A DNA stretch of 58,183 nt from Chiloscyllium plagiosum (GCF_004010195.1 NC_057718.1:57691071-57749253); one strand, 5' to 3'; shown: positions 38,220-51,728, counted from the stretch's first letter. The notes: generated by a model not told the origin, from the letters alone. Numbers and translations: made by a program.

Positions 38220-38745
38220 TCTTGCATCTCAGGCTTGCTGCAATGCTCCAGCAAAGCTCAGCACAAGCTGGAAGAACAGCACCTCGTTTTCTGCTTGGTA
38301 ACCCTGCTTTCTGAGCTCAATGCTGAGTTCAATAATTTTAGGGCCTGAACACCTTTCCATATCCTTTCCCTATCCCCATACACCAGACCTTGTCATTCCA
38401 TGTGCTGCTTTCACTACAACCAACCACATTTTCACTCACTGATGGACTCCAGTAGCAGTTTTTCTTTCTCCCATTATTCATTCCTTTATCTGTCCAACTG
38501 CTATTCTCTCTATGGGCTCCATCTCCACTGTTGTCTACCCATGCCTCCCACCATCCCCTTTCCAAGATTCAGCATATATTCAGCATATATAATCTTTTTC
38601 TTAACTATCATCTGAAGAAGCATCACTGGGTCTGAAATGTTGACTCTGCTTTCTCTCCACAAATATTGCCAGACCTGCTGAATTTCTCCAGCTATTTCTG
38701 TTTTTGTTTCAGATTTGCGGCTTCTGCTGTTCTTTGTTTTTTTGA
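38220..38745 (+). mobile_element. PLE 3' fragment with terminal repeat
   Basis: KLEEQHLVFCLVTL..ELNAEF (PLE C-terminus); ctgaagaag...gaaatgttg motif. Confidence 0.75.
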
Positions 38746-40944
38746 GAAAGGGCAGTTCTATTAGTTGAAGAAAGGTTTGTGGCTTTTGGGAATGTGCCCA
38801 GCTTTGTTGCTGACCCTGAGGGAAAAAGTAGCTAAACTAAAAGTGCTTGGAAATTAATCATTTTGATGTTTACAAGACAATTTGCAAATTTTACTGGTTT
38901 TCCTTCTGGGGACCACTGGATTCACACTATTGCCCTTCAGATGAATTAATAAAATAAGTTGCTGTCCAGGTAGATATCAAAAATATCATCACGTTTTGAA
39001 GAGCAAGTAGTTCTCAAAGTGCCAACAACAAACCAATGTTATATATAAAGCAGCTATTATGTTTACCCACAGAGAAACAGTAGCTTTCCTTTGAAGAAGT
39101 CCATCGCATCACAGAGATGTGAGAGGATGTGATATAACTACCAATTATTTCTTACTGTTTTTGCTAAGGGAATTGTGCCTGTGGAATTTAGTTAAATCAC
39201 AGTTTGGATTCTTCTGGAAGCAAAGTAAATCAAAATCAAGATACAATTACAGGCACGTTCGTAGTCCCTTCCACCCATCCATGGGAGACAATGCTGATAC
39301 AGCACAGGTGTCCTTTTGAGAGGAAGATTTATTTGCCTGTTACTTGATAGAGGAATGCTCGACATTACCAATCAGTGCCCAATCAAGCTGAATGTTTACA
39401 ATTCCTCATTCTAGGGAATGACAATAGTCACTCTCAGATTTAAACCACATCAAGCCAAAAGTACTGAAAACAAAAATGCTGGAGACCACAGTGGGTCAGG
39501 CAGCATTCATGGAGAGAAAGCAAGCTAATGCTTCAAGTCTAAATTATTCTTCATCAGAGCTAACATTTCACACATTTGCCATTCTTCCATTAAAATTTCA
39601 TGCAATTAACTAAGGAATTTTTAAAATTAATTTGTCACCACGAGCTTCTGATGACAGGTTAGATTTTCTTTTGCTTATGTTGTATAAGTATTATTCATTT
39701 ATCTGTACATAACTATAATTAAATATTCAGGGACATATCAATGGAGTAAGAAAGGAAGATGCCAATAAATTATTTTTGAGTCATTTTTAAGCCAAAATTA
39801 AAAATGCCAATGGGTACGTGAATAATGCATACAGCAAACAATACAGTAGTCAGCAGATTCTGATTATCACACTATGGCTCACATTAGAGTGTATTCCACT
39901 TTCTTCATGGTACTATGCTTTATAATTGTAACATCCCAGCACATGTAACCTATTGGCATTTCGCATTATTTGTAATTCTGAACATCTGTTAAAATTGGCA
40001 CTCATTCTTTGCTTCCCATGAAAGTTCAGATATATGCCAACCAACAAAACAACAACCCACTGTTACATGTGTGGGTGGAATTGGCAAGAATACTGTTTCA
40101 ACGACCTTTTAATTGAATATCTTGCCTATAGGAAAGGAAAAGCTTCACTGAGCACCTGCAGCAACAGATCTTATTACCAAAAGAAGTGAAAATTTCAATG
40201 TGAGTGCTCAGTTGAAAAAGATTTCTTGTAATTTAAGTAAGTCAGGATTTGACTGTTCTTAACCAATTATGAACAGAAGAACAATTATATGAAAATGTAG
40301 AGCTTTTGTAATGCGACAAGCTGTTCCAATGAGTTAGCGTTTCAAGGCCACATTTGCAAAATAGGAAAATCAAATTATCTGGAGTGCTCTAAGAAAAATT
40401 GGACAAAATCATTAAAAAAAAATTGTGAATACACATTTTTAACTTGGTTTTATTTTGACAATAACCAAATGGAGCACTGAATAGTTATATAAATACTTTA
40501 TGTGATTAGAAGACAACGATAAATTAAAAAAAACTTTTCAAAGTAAGCTAACATGTTGCAATCATTATGAATTTTTCCGTGTAATGCAACAACATATGAT
40601 ACTTCAGTAGATATGTGTGACCTTTTGTCTGTGTGTTATTTTTGACAAGCTAGGGCTATGCCTCTTGTGTAGTCCTATTTTGAACATAATGAGATTGAAT
40701 TTCCTTCCAATTTTTGCCAGCAATGCTCTAGCTATGTCATTATCGTCCCTGAAGCATTAATTAAATTTTGTGATTCAGCATATTTTGACAATTCTGTCTA
40801 GTGATAATGCACACTGAAAATTGTACAGGAACGGGAATTTTAAGAAGAGTGAATTACTAAGCAAGAGAAGTGAGGATGGTTTCAAAGGGTTAAAAATGCA
40901 ATACTCAAAGTAGGCAGGATTGAAAAAGAAGCTAGAGTACTGCT

Positions 40945-41570
40945 AAAAAAAACACATTTTGCCAAGGTTTTTCATCTTGCACTCATCAGGACATTTTTTG
41001 AGAAACCAAATTAAGTGGAGCACCAACATTTCTACTGCATGACAGTATGTGTGTACCCATAATCGCTCTGTCTGCAAAGAATCTAACCAGTCCCTGGTTG
41101 CAAAACTTACAAGAAGTTGCCTTTCATTAGAAGTGATTCTGCAATTAGATAACATTTGTGAGATAATCCTGATTTTAGGATTGTCAGTTGAATTCACCAT
41201 GTGGTGCATTTGCATGTAGTAGAAACTAAAAATATGAATAAATAAGGCCCTGTTCTTTGCAAACAGAAATACATGTACTGTGCATGTATCAACTCAACAA
41301 AATAGGTGACTGCCACTTGCTACATAATTTCTCAAGGCAAGGCCCTGACTAATTACGATTAACCTGCCTAATTTCAAATTGAAACAAAATCTTGCAGTTA
41401 ACTGTCTACTAATATAAATATGTGTACCAATCAGAGGTCGCTTTCCAGCCAATTAGCACTCATCCATCCTAAAATGTAAATATTGGTTTTCCCCTTGAAT
41501 TGGATTTCTTGCAAAATGTTCTGTTAAGTATAAGATGAAAGGCTTCTACAAAATGCATCTTTTTCAAAGT
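40945..41570. mobile_element. Old PLE-like relic with inverted termini
   Basis: tttcatcttgcactcatcagga (40970-40992) versus tctgttaagtataagatgaaa (41520-41540): inverted, hammerhead-like. Confidence 0.5.
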
Positions 41571-41994
41571 AATGTGCAGATTATGTACTATTGAATGGCT
41601 ATTTCATAAAAGATAGTTATTTTTATCATATCTTGTCTGCTTTAATCAAGCTGTTGAACCTCTTCTGACATTGTTGGACAGCCTTCCTTTTGAGAGAATT
41701 GACATTAAATGTCATGACTGGGTAATTATAAAATATTTTGTCAAGAAGGCCAACATGAAGACACATTTTACAAAACAGCTCCCAAAAATCGCATGACTGT
41801 TCTTGTTGGCAGCCAAAGGGCAGACAGACTGGTGTGTTAGCTCAGCATCAATCACAAAAGGAACCATTTAGAATTCTATTAACCCTTGGACACTACAGTG
41901 GTTCCTTCTAAAGGTGTGAGTAATGAAATCTTCTGACAAAATCGGAGATTGGAAGGACACCACAGGAAATTTCAGGAGAATTAACACTTTTTAA

Positions 41995-42330
41995 AAAGTC
42001 ATCCATGGAATGTGTGCATAGCTGGCCACGTCAACATTTACTACACATTTGCCTAGACAGTAGCAAAGTATCAACTGCATGTGGGTCTGAAGTCACATGT
42101 AGGTCAGATCAGGTAATGATGGAAAAAATTCTTCCCTAAAGGACATAAGTGATCCTAATGGATTTTTATGATCCTTGATAGTGATTACATGTCTTCCATT
42201 TATTCCAAATTTTTCTTGAATTCATATTTTGCTAGCTGACATATTAGGATTCAAACTCTGTCCCCAGGGCATTAGTGCGGGATTCTGGATTATCGGTCCA
42301 GTGGCATTACCACTACATCACTGTCTTCCC
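41995..42330 (-). mobile_element. SINE-like repeat (family of 24240-24495)
   Basis: Shared internal blocks; tRNA-like head reverse complement ...ccagtggcattaccactacatcactgtcttccc. Confidence 0.6.
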
Positions 42331-42592
42331 TTATGGAACAAACCTCATCCAAGTTAATGTAGTGACAATCTTTGGTCAATTTAGAACTCAAAGAAGAACA
42401 CTGCAAGACAACAACAGAGAGTGGGCTTCTCAGTCAAAAGGAGCATGAGGAGAAAGGGGAATCCACTGAGGGACTGCCGTTCTGAACCAGGACACCAAGT
42501 ACCACAACCTGCAACTCTGCAAAAGTGAAATAAAGGAGTCTGTGCTCTCTCTCAGAGTCCACCAGTAGAAAAAGTACCAACTAACCAACTAT

Positions 42593-42714
42593 GTAGACAG
42601 GCAGGAAACTGGAAGAACACAACAAGCCAGGCAGCATCAGGAGGCGCAGAAGTTGACATTTCAGGTGTAACTCTTCTTCAGGACTGGGGGTGGGTGTTGC
42701 TGGGAGCTGCAGAT
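42593..42714 (-). mobile_element. 122-bp PLE terminal module
   Basis: 13-bp TSD actaaccaactat (42580-42592, 42715-42727); matches 19290-19410. Confidence 0.82.
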
Positions 42715-42969
42715 ACTAACCAACTATAGGAGCCATTACAGGTGCTGAATTCAGACTTCACATTTTTCACCCCTTCACCTCAGAAAGAGGCCTGCAATAA
42801 TGACAAAGTATAGGTTGAAAGGTTTTTATTCTCTCCAGGCCTATTTTTAATTGTTGTATCTGTTTTCTAGCTAATAACTGGATCACTTTTTAACTTTGTA
42901 ACTTTCAGCAATAGGATATAATAAACAAACATTTAAGTTGTTTAAGAACTTAAACAGTTTAAGAACTGT

Positions 42970-43287
42970 GGGCGGCACGGTGGCACAGTGGTTAGCACTG
43001 CTGCCTCACAGCGCCTGAGATCCGGGTTCAATTCCCGCCTCAGGCGACTGACTGTGTGGAGTTTGCATATTCTCCCCGTGTCTGCGCGGGTTTCCTCCGG
43101 GTGCTCCGGTTTCCTCCCACAGTCCAAAGATGTGCAGGTCAGGTGAATTGGCCATGCTAAATTGCCCGTAGTGTTAGGTAAGGGGTAAATGTAGGGGCAT
43201 GGGTGGGTTGCGCTTCGGCGGGTCGGTGTGGACTTGTTGGGCCGAAGGGCCTGTTTCCACACTGTAATGTAATCTAATCTAATCTAA
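42970..43287 (+). mobile_element. Young HE1 V-SINE
   Basis: gggcggcacggtggcacagtggttagcactgc ... (taatc)n tail. Confidence 0.93.
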
Positions 43288-43903
43288 AATAAAGCTTTGT
43301 TCCTGGTTAGCTTTGAGGTGGAACATTTGAGAAACTAAAACCGGCCTCAATGATCCACATAAATTCGTGGTTCATGGACCACTCTGCAGATGAACCTGAT
43401 GTGGTCAGAGCCCTCGTTCAAGTGGTGATGGATGGCATTCCTGAAAGACTTGTTGCTCCTCTGAAAAATGCACAGTTTTTTTGGTAACTTGTTGCCCTGT
43501 CCCATGGGAACGGTTGGGCTGTGACTGCTGAACTGAAGCTGGGAAATAACCTGAGTAAACCCAGGATTAAGGAAAGAAGCTCTGTGGCCTCACCTTGCTG
43601 TTCTCAGGCACTCTAATGAAAACTACAGAATATCTCCTGGGGCTAACACAGATAATGATACGTTTACATAAACATACAATTACTGCCATCTTATTTGCAA
43701 ATGAATTAATTGGGGATATTTCCATGACACCAGTTCTGTTGCTAAACATGCCATTTTCTGACATTAAAGTGATAGGCTGAATTTTGTTGACTACCTGGTA
43801 GACCCGTTTCCTGCTGGAGTCTAAAGCAGAAAATTGGGACCTGCGACAAGATATTGCTGGCAGTAATGGAGAAGCTCCATGGCTGCTATTCAAATAAAGA
43901 TAG

Positions 43904-44139
43904 TGTAGTGATTGTAACAAGATCAGCCAGATGGACCTCATCGAATATGTGTTCCCTGATTGGGGCTGTTAATCTGGTCCAGACAGGGAGTACTGGCTGA
44001 TGGATATAAACAGGAGTGTCAGAAGTTCTGCTCACTCTGAGAGCTGGCTGTGAGGGAGCCAGACTAGTGTCAAGTACTGTGCACATGTAAATAAATGGTG
44101 ATTTGATGACAGGACACTGGCCTCTGTGGAGTTATTTCA
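43904..44139 (+). mobile_element. Short solo LTR (about 236 bp) of another family
   Basis: tgtagtga...ttatttca ends, internal gatataaa and aataaa, 5-bp TSD gatag/gacag. Confidence 0.7.
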
Positions 44140-44153
44140 GACAGGTATTAACA

Positions 44154-44906
44154 GGGCCACAACACACTGCAGCACACCAGAACTGCAAAAAGAGGAAGAG
44201 GAACACCTATACAAGGTATTCGCAAAAAACGGATATCCTCGCAATTTCATCAACAGATGCCTAAGGGAGAGACAACAGGACGAGGACATGCTGCAACCCA
44301 AAGGACTAGCCACACTACCATACATCAAAAACATTTCTGAACTGACAGCCAGACTACTGCGACCACTAGGACTTATAACAGCACACAAACCAACAGCCAC
44401 CCTCAGACAACAACTCACCAGAACGAAGGACCCGATACCCACATTAGCATAACTAATGTAGTGTACAAAATCCCATGCAAGGACTGCACTAAACACTATA
44501 TAGGACAAACAGGAAGACAGCTAACGATCCGCATCCACGAACATCAACTAGCCACGAAACGACACGACCAGCTATCCCTAGTAGCCACACACGCAGATGA
44601 CAAGCAACATGAATTTGACTGGGACAACACTACCATTATAGGGCAAGCGAAACAAAGAATTCCTAGAAGCTTGGCACTCATCCACAAACTCCATCAACAA
44701 ACACATAGATCTGGACCCAATGTACCGACCACTACAGCGGACAGCTGAAACTGACAACCGGAAGTGGCAAGGACAGGCCACTATAAATGCCGGAGGAAAC
44801 ACCACAGAAGCGCTTCACAGGAGGATCCCAAGCACTGAGGATGTCACCTAGACAGGGGACGAAACGTTTGCAACAAAAACTTCCAGCTCGGCGAACAGAA
44901 CCACAG
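44154..44906 (+). mobile_element. Poseidon/Penelope-type PLE, 5' truncated (RT thumb, GIY-YIG, terminal repeat)
   Basis: KNGYPRNFI, LPYIKNISE, VVYKIPCKDCTKHYIGQTGR; no Cys linker; 12-bp TSD caggtattaaca (44142-44153, 44907-44918). Confidence 0.92.
44832..44871 (+). ncRNA. Minimal hammerhead ribozyme (intact)
   Basis: gca-CUGAGGA-u-gucaccu/agac/aggggac-GAAA-cg-UU-ugc: helix I gca/ugc, helix II, palindromic ACGU at helix III. Confidence 0.8.
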
Positions 44907-47900
44907 CAGGTATTAACATTCTTTCTGGAGGATTGGATGGCCTTATGCAGGCTTGGGTGAAAGGGTAGACTCAAAAAATGAGCTTCATAAAAGTGGAGAG
45001 AACTGATGACTTTGTTTGACTGACCTGTTGAAATGGCTGTAATAAATTGTTCATTCTGTGATTTATGTTGTTATTGTCTTCATGTTTATTTGCAAAAGAT
45101 TAAGGTAGCTTAAAGCATTTGTCATTGATACATCAATATTCTATCTGATTGACACTTTTATTGGTTTTCAGAACAACAAGTTTATTTTTCAAAACAAGGT
45201 TTATGAATGGGTTTTTTTTCTTTTCTGAGTCATACCACACATTTTATAGTTACTATCTGGTTAATTAGTTCTGTACATGGTGCACAATGGAGAATGGTCA
45301 CGGGAGGATCATGAGCTTACATGACTATGGGTGGGAGGTATAAGGAGTCAAGTTGATGGGTGTATGGCATAAGTTGACATCGGGACTATAAGGGGCCATG
45401 GGATTGTATAACGACATAAGTTGGAATGGAGGGTCTGGAGGTGGCACTAAGATTGCATGGGGGTTGAGGGAGTATGAAGGATGAAGACTGGAGGGTCTCA
45501 AAGCCCTTAGTACAACTGGAATGTTGTAGCTGACCTCAGCAATTGGCAGCCCCATGTTCCAAGCCTTGATACACCTCCCTTGAGTACATAGCACAACATT
45601 TGGGGATCTTTCCGTCAAACAGATGGTCTAACAAATCAGGGAAATTCCAAAATTGTATGACCCACTTTTGTGACAAAAGAAGTCAACACTTAAAAGTGGC
45701 CTGATGGAAATCTATAAAATTATAAATGGACTTTTCGGGGTAACCTTGGAGAGAATGTTTTCACTTCTGATTAATCCAAAACTAATGACCATCAATACCA
45801 GAAGGAAAATCCAATAAGGATGTACTCCTTCTTTACTCATGAGCATAGTTTGAAATCAGTTGGAAATTGTATTAGAGATGGGGGAAATATAAAGATAGGA
45901 ACGAAGGCTTAGAAAAGGAACATGGAATGGGAGGTGACTCATATAGAGTATACACACCAGTACAAAGCAGTTATAGAGCAGTTGGACCGAATGGCTGGTT
46001 TCTGTGCTCTATTTTCTATTTAGAAACATAACTTAGTATTTAGAATTAATTATTATGAATTGAAATCTAAATACTTAAGTACAACTTTTGTTTGATTTCA
46101 ATGACTGGTGTGTGTGGATGATTGGCAGCATTTTGCTCGTTTTATCTACTGTCATTTTATAACTTAACTGGAAAGGAAACAAATGCAAATACATGCTTTT
46201 GGGTGTTGAAGAATATGCATTTGTTCACTACGCACCACCCGCTATCTTAGTGTATAGGACCTACAACGTGAAAGAAGGCCCTGTGGCACAGATGCTTCTA
46301 CAATCTTTCCAAGAGCCACACCGAAAATTTCTCTCCCAAACTACAGCTCCCAGGCAACGTTTGGATGAAATGTGAAAGAAATACTGTCAAGGCCAAAAAA
46401 AAAAGAAGTAAAACAAAGAAGCGATTGATCAAAAAAGTAACTTTTATGGTACTTGGAAAAATATTTGGATTGTAAACATAATGTAGGTTAAATGGTGGGA
46501 GATTAATTATGCATTCTCTACCTAACTGGTGATCTGCAAGCATATGCAAAAAATCCCAAAAAAAGTGGTCAATGTAATTTCTGAATGCTCAAGTTTCACT
46601 TTTTTTTTTCTGATTGAATGAGTGCAATATTGAAGTTGAATATAACATATTAAACACAATGGCAAGACAAGAATTTCAAGTAAGATAAATAGCATTTTAA
46701 AGGTCAGATTGCAGCCGCACTGTATATATATTATGTATTTATTTATGAATTTCATATTACGTTTGGGGAGAAATCACCCCAAGAATCTGGAAGGATGAAT
46801 TATTCCTTATGGGATTACACTTAGGATGTCTGATAAGTGGTCCTATTCCAGGTCACCATCTATTTCCAGACTGCCATTGGTACTGCTAATGGTTGAAAGA
46901 CACAAGACATTCAATGGAGTTTCCATAGAAAATACTGGGGACAATCTGCCTGTCTAGTTTCTCAGAAAGTTGAATTTAATGCCTGATCATGCTCCAACAT
47001 ATCCCCAAAATTACATTCAACTATCACTTCTGACATTGGCAATCTGTCAAGCGTAGGTGTCACAATTGTTAGTAAAACAAAATATTTACACAGTTTGGCT
47101 CCATGGTTTTACAAAATTATTTGCAATGTACTTGTACACTGATCCCCTGATACTGTGGTTACAGTACATTGAAGTGTTCATAACTACTGAATTTCATGAA
47201 GTGCTGTTCTCAGTATAGGGTCTTGTTTAATGGGACATACATCAGAGAATAGAATTAACTTTTAAATGATTAGTAATTGCAAAATTAGGAGGGATGCAAA
47301 AATAGGACCTTCATGCTTAATTCTTTAACTTATCCTCCAATTAAGCAGATGCACTCAGCTAGGTATCTCACCTAGGTTTAATATGTAGATTATACATTGT
47401 CCCTTTTCCTTGCATTGTGGGAGTTGGAACAATAGAACACTAGTCTTTTACCTGAGGTGTCTCTCCTAACTCTGATAACACTGTGGATGTGATGGATTCA
47501 CTTCCTGTGCTTCTGCACACTTTAATGCTTGGTGCCTGAATTGTATGATGCCTTTCTGATCTCTATACTTCTTTCAATCAGAATTACTTCCTTTAAAGGT
47601 GCTCTACAGTAAAGTATACTTTTAATGAATAGCTTTGTGGATATTGATACAGTAATACTGACTCTTGTAGTAATATGGAGGCAGGTGACAAATGCTTCCA
47701 ACTTTAAGAAGTCTTAAGCTCAATGTCACATCAGGTGTCAAGTTAAGGATGTGTGGTATGATTTTATAAGGGTTTTGCTTTTTCTGCAACATTATTGCAT
47801 AGTGTTTTTTTTATTTTTCCAGTTACTCATTGCACAGTATATTTTTATTACTTTTCTTTTTGCAGAGTAAGTGGATATTTGAAACCGTAAAGTATTAGTC

Positions 47901-48827
47901 ATAGTGTCTGTTGTGCTGACTATGTGGAGGTCCTGTGTGCTCAGGAGGGTACAGTGGTCTTTGAGGCATTTCTGTAACAGAGTAATAAGACATTTGCTTC
48001 TGACAGATATCCATCTGGAACATTCCCGATGCAGTAAGTCGCTGTGGTTTACAGTGATTTTGCTACTGAAATGTGTCAAAACCATAACACAGAATAAACG
48101 CCTTGGATGTGAGTCCAAATCTCACTGGAGCCAATGGGGGCTGCATTTACTTCTTGCTTGTATGTTTTTCCATAGACTTGAAGTTTCTTCGCATGTAAAG
48201 TTTGTAATCATTCACTTGTTAAATTGAATGACAATGCTCCAATTGTGGGCATCACAAGCCATCTGCTCAAATTAAGTGAATGTGTTCCAAATCTATACCA
48301 GGAATAACCCAACCCAAACATTTGTAAATTTAAATACTTAACCAAATATTCTTGCTGACGGTATTGGAATAAGTAACAGAGGATCTTATTGATGTGGATT
48401 TCTTCAGAAAAGTGTCGTCAATGTACAAAACTTGCAAAATGCACTTCTTTTGGTTAGCTATTAAATCTTATCAAGTAGCAGAGCACTTTACAGAGTAGTT
48501 TAACACAATTTTCATTCACTAATGGAAGAGATTTCGAGTTAGTAAGAAATGCTTCAATTCTGCTCGAAGGGAAAGAATGAATTGAACTGAAATCAACAGA
48601 AGGACATACAAAATAGGTATAGGAGTGGATCATATAGCTCCTCAAGCCTGTCAGCTGTTCAATACAATCATGGCTAACTCTGTGCCTGAATTTTATTTTC
48701 CCAACTATTCCCCTTATCCCTTGATTGAAAGAACAAATATCCATCCACCCAGCCTTTAATATATTCAATAGAACAGCCTGGTCATGTGGGACAGGGAATT
48801 GCAAAAATTCACGATTCTCTGATGAAT

Positions 48828-50047
48828 CACAAACTTGATTGAGTTTTTTGAAGAAGTAACAACGAGGCTTGATGAGGGCAGAGCGGTGGATATGATCTAT
48901 ATGGACTTCAGTAAGGCTTTTGACAAGGTTCTCCATGGGAGACTAGTTAGCAAGGTTAAATCTCATGAAATACCGGGAGAACTAGCCATTTGGATACAGA
49001 ACTGGCTCAAAAGTAGAAGACAGAGGATGGTGGTGGAGGGTTGTTTTTCAGACTGGAGGCCTGTGACCAGTGGAGTGCCACAAGGATCGGTGCTGGGTCC
49101 ACTACTTTTCATCATTTATATAAATGATTTGGATGTGAGCATCGTTAGTAAGTTTGCAGATGACACCAAAATTGGAGGTGTAGTGGGCAGCAAAGAAGGT
49201 TACAATGGATCTTGATCAGATGGGCAAATGGGCTGAAGAGTGGCAAATGGATTTAATTCAGATAAATGTGAGGTGCTGCATTTTGGAAAGGCAAATCAAA
49301 GCAGAACTTAAACATTTAACAGTAAGGTCCTGGGGAGTGTAGCTGAACAAAGAGACCTTGAAGTGCAGGTTCACAATTCCTTGAAAGTGGAGTCATAGGT
49401 AGATAGGATAGTGAAGAAGGCATTTGGTATGCTTTTTCTTTATTGGTCAGAGTATTGAGTACAGAAGTTGGGAGGTCATGTTGCAGCTGTACAGGACATT
49501 GATTAGGCCACTGTTGGAACACTGCATGTAATTCTGGTCTCTTTCCTATCGGAAAGATGTTGTGAAACCTGAAAGGGTTCAAAAAAGATTTACAAGGATG
49601 TTGCCAAGGTTGGAGGATTTGAGCTATAGGGAGAGGTTGTATAGGCTAGGGCTGTTTTCCCTGGAGCTTCGGAGGCTGAGGGGTGACCTTATAGGGGTAT
49701 ATAAAATTATGAGGGGCATGGATAAATGGACAAAGTCTTTTCCTTGGGGTGGAGGAATCCAGAACTAGAGGGCATAGGTTTAGGGTGAGAGGGGAAAGAT
49801 ATAAAAGAGATCTAAGGGGCAACGTTTTCACGCAGAGAGTGGTATGTGTATGGAATGAGCTGCTAGAGGAAGTGGTGGAGGCTAGTACAATTGCAACATT
49901 TATAAGGCATCTGGATGGGTATATGAATAGAAAGAGATATGGGCCAGGTGCTGGCAGGGGGTCTAGATTGGATTGGGATATCTGGTCAGCATGGATGAGT
50001 TGGATCGAAGGGTCTGTTTCCGTGCTATACATCTCTATGACTCTAAG
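48828..50047 (+). mobile_element. 5'-truncated CR1 (RT to 3' UTR)
   Basis: [42 protein letters not shown]. Confidence 0.93.
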
Positions 50048-50229
50048 ATATTTTCTTCATCTTAGTTCTAAATAATTGTTCTAAATAATTGACATTCAGG
50101 CAATGTCATTGTGGTCTAGATTCACAAACCTAGGCATTATCTACACTGTCAAACCCCTTTGATATCCTGCATGTTTCAATGTTTCAGGTAATTTCTCACT
50201 CCAGAGAATTTAGATTTTTTTTAGATAAT

Positions 50230-50700
50230 TTTTTAGATAACACAGAAACAGACACCTTGCTCCAACCAGTCCATACTAACCATAATCCCAAATTAAACTA
50301 GCCCCACCTGCCTGTGCTTTGCCGATATACCTTCAAACATTTCTCATTCATGTACATATGTAGATGTCTTTTAAATGTTGTATCTATACCCGCAACCACC
50401 ACTTCCTCTGGAAGTTCATTTCACACACAAACCACTTTGTCTGTAAAAACATTGCCCCTCACATCATTTTTAAAACTTTCTCCTCTCACCATAAAAATAT
50501 GCCCCCTTGTTTTGAAATCCCCCACCTTCAGGAGAAGACACCCACCATTCACCTTATCTATACCCCTCATGATTTTATAAACTCTATAAGATCACCACTC
50601 AATCTCCAACATTCCAGTGAAAAAGGTCCCAGTGTACCCGACCTCTCCTTATAACTCAGGCCCTCCATTCCTGGCAACATCTTAGTAAAACATTTTTGAA
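50230..50700 (-). mobile_element. CR1 3' end
   Basis: Reverse complement of the CR1 ORF2 terminus and UTR. Confidence 0.8.
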
Positions 50701-51019
50701 CAGGATGACCTAAAACTGGGCAGATGTATTCAACCTCTCAACATTGGGCAATCCTCTCAATATTGAAACATATTTGCTGAACCTTTGCTATACCAACTCC
50801 AGGCAATTGTATCTTAGAACTATCCTACTTTCCATATCCAATCTGTTATTATGAAGGCTCTTCCTCCTTTTCAACTTTGTTGTGTGCCTTGAAATATTTA
50901 TTTCCCAACCTTTGTCACCTTGTAACATGTTTCTGTAATGGTAATTATATCAAACTTATTTATGTCTATTTATGTCACTAATTTCTTATCTTGTATAAAT
51001 TCTTTGCACATTTGGGCAA

Positions 51020-51427
51020 AGTGGAAAGGCTGAGAGACTTGGGTCTGTTCTCATTGGAAAGGAGAAGGCTGAGGGGTATTTGATAAGGACATACATGATA
51101 ATCAAAGGATTAGATAGCATAGACAGTGAAAGTCTTTCTCCTAGGATGATGATGTCAGCTTGTACTAGTGGGCATAACTACAAATTGAGGGCTGATAGAT
51201 TTAGGACAGATGTGAGACACAGATTCTTCACTCAGAGAGTGGTAAGGGCGTGGAATGCCCTACCTGCCAATGTAGTTACCTCAGCCACATTAGGGAGATT
51301 TAAACAATCCTTGGGTAAGCACATGAATGATGATGGGGTAGTGTAGGGGGATGGGCTTAGAATAGTTCATAGGTCGGTCCAACATTGAGGGCCAAAGGGC
51401 CTGTTCTGCGCTGTATTGTTCTATGTG
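51020..51427 (+). mobile_element. CR1 3' end (same subfamily as 32030-32432)
   Basis: MMMSACTSGHNYKLRADRFRTDVRHRFFTQRVVRAWNALP. Confidence 0.88.
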
Positions 51428-51547
51428 TCTTTAATTTTTTTTAACGTCTGTACATTGTAATTTGATGATGCCCTTTATTGCTCAATTCTTTGTTCTTTCC
51501 TGTCTGTCTTTGCTTGTCTTTACCCAACGTCACCGCTGTTATACTGT

Positions 51548-51728
51548 CTCATTAGTGAGAGATGACTGGTGGTGGTTTAACCTGAGGGTCCCCACATCTC
51601 AGGCGAAGGGACTGATTGAGACGGACGGTGCTTTGTGGTAACGTCAGCCAGTGTAGGAACTGAACCAATGTAGTTGGTATCACTCTGCATCACAAACCAC
51701 CTGTCCAGCCAACTGAGCTAACCAACCC
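51548..51728 (-). mobile_element. tRNA-derived SINE
   Basis: Ends cagccaactgagctaacc, the reverse complement of the head at 22464. Confidence 0.65.

Noticed and set aside
41740..43900. Possible LTR plus internal retroviral remnant
   Set aside because: LTR-like composition, but no verifiable termini, PBS or protein motif
46193..46375. 60-aa ORF as a small host gene
   Set aside because: No recognisable homology or splice signals; kept only as part of the repeat-free island finding
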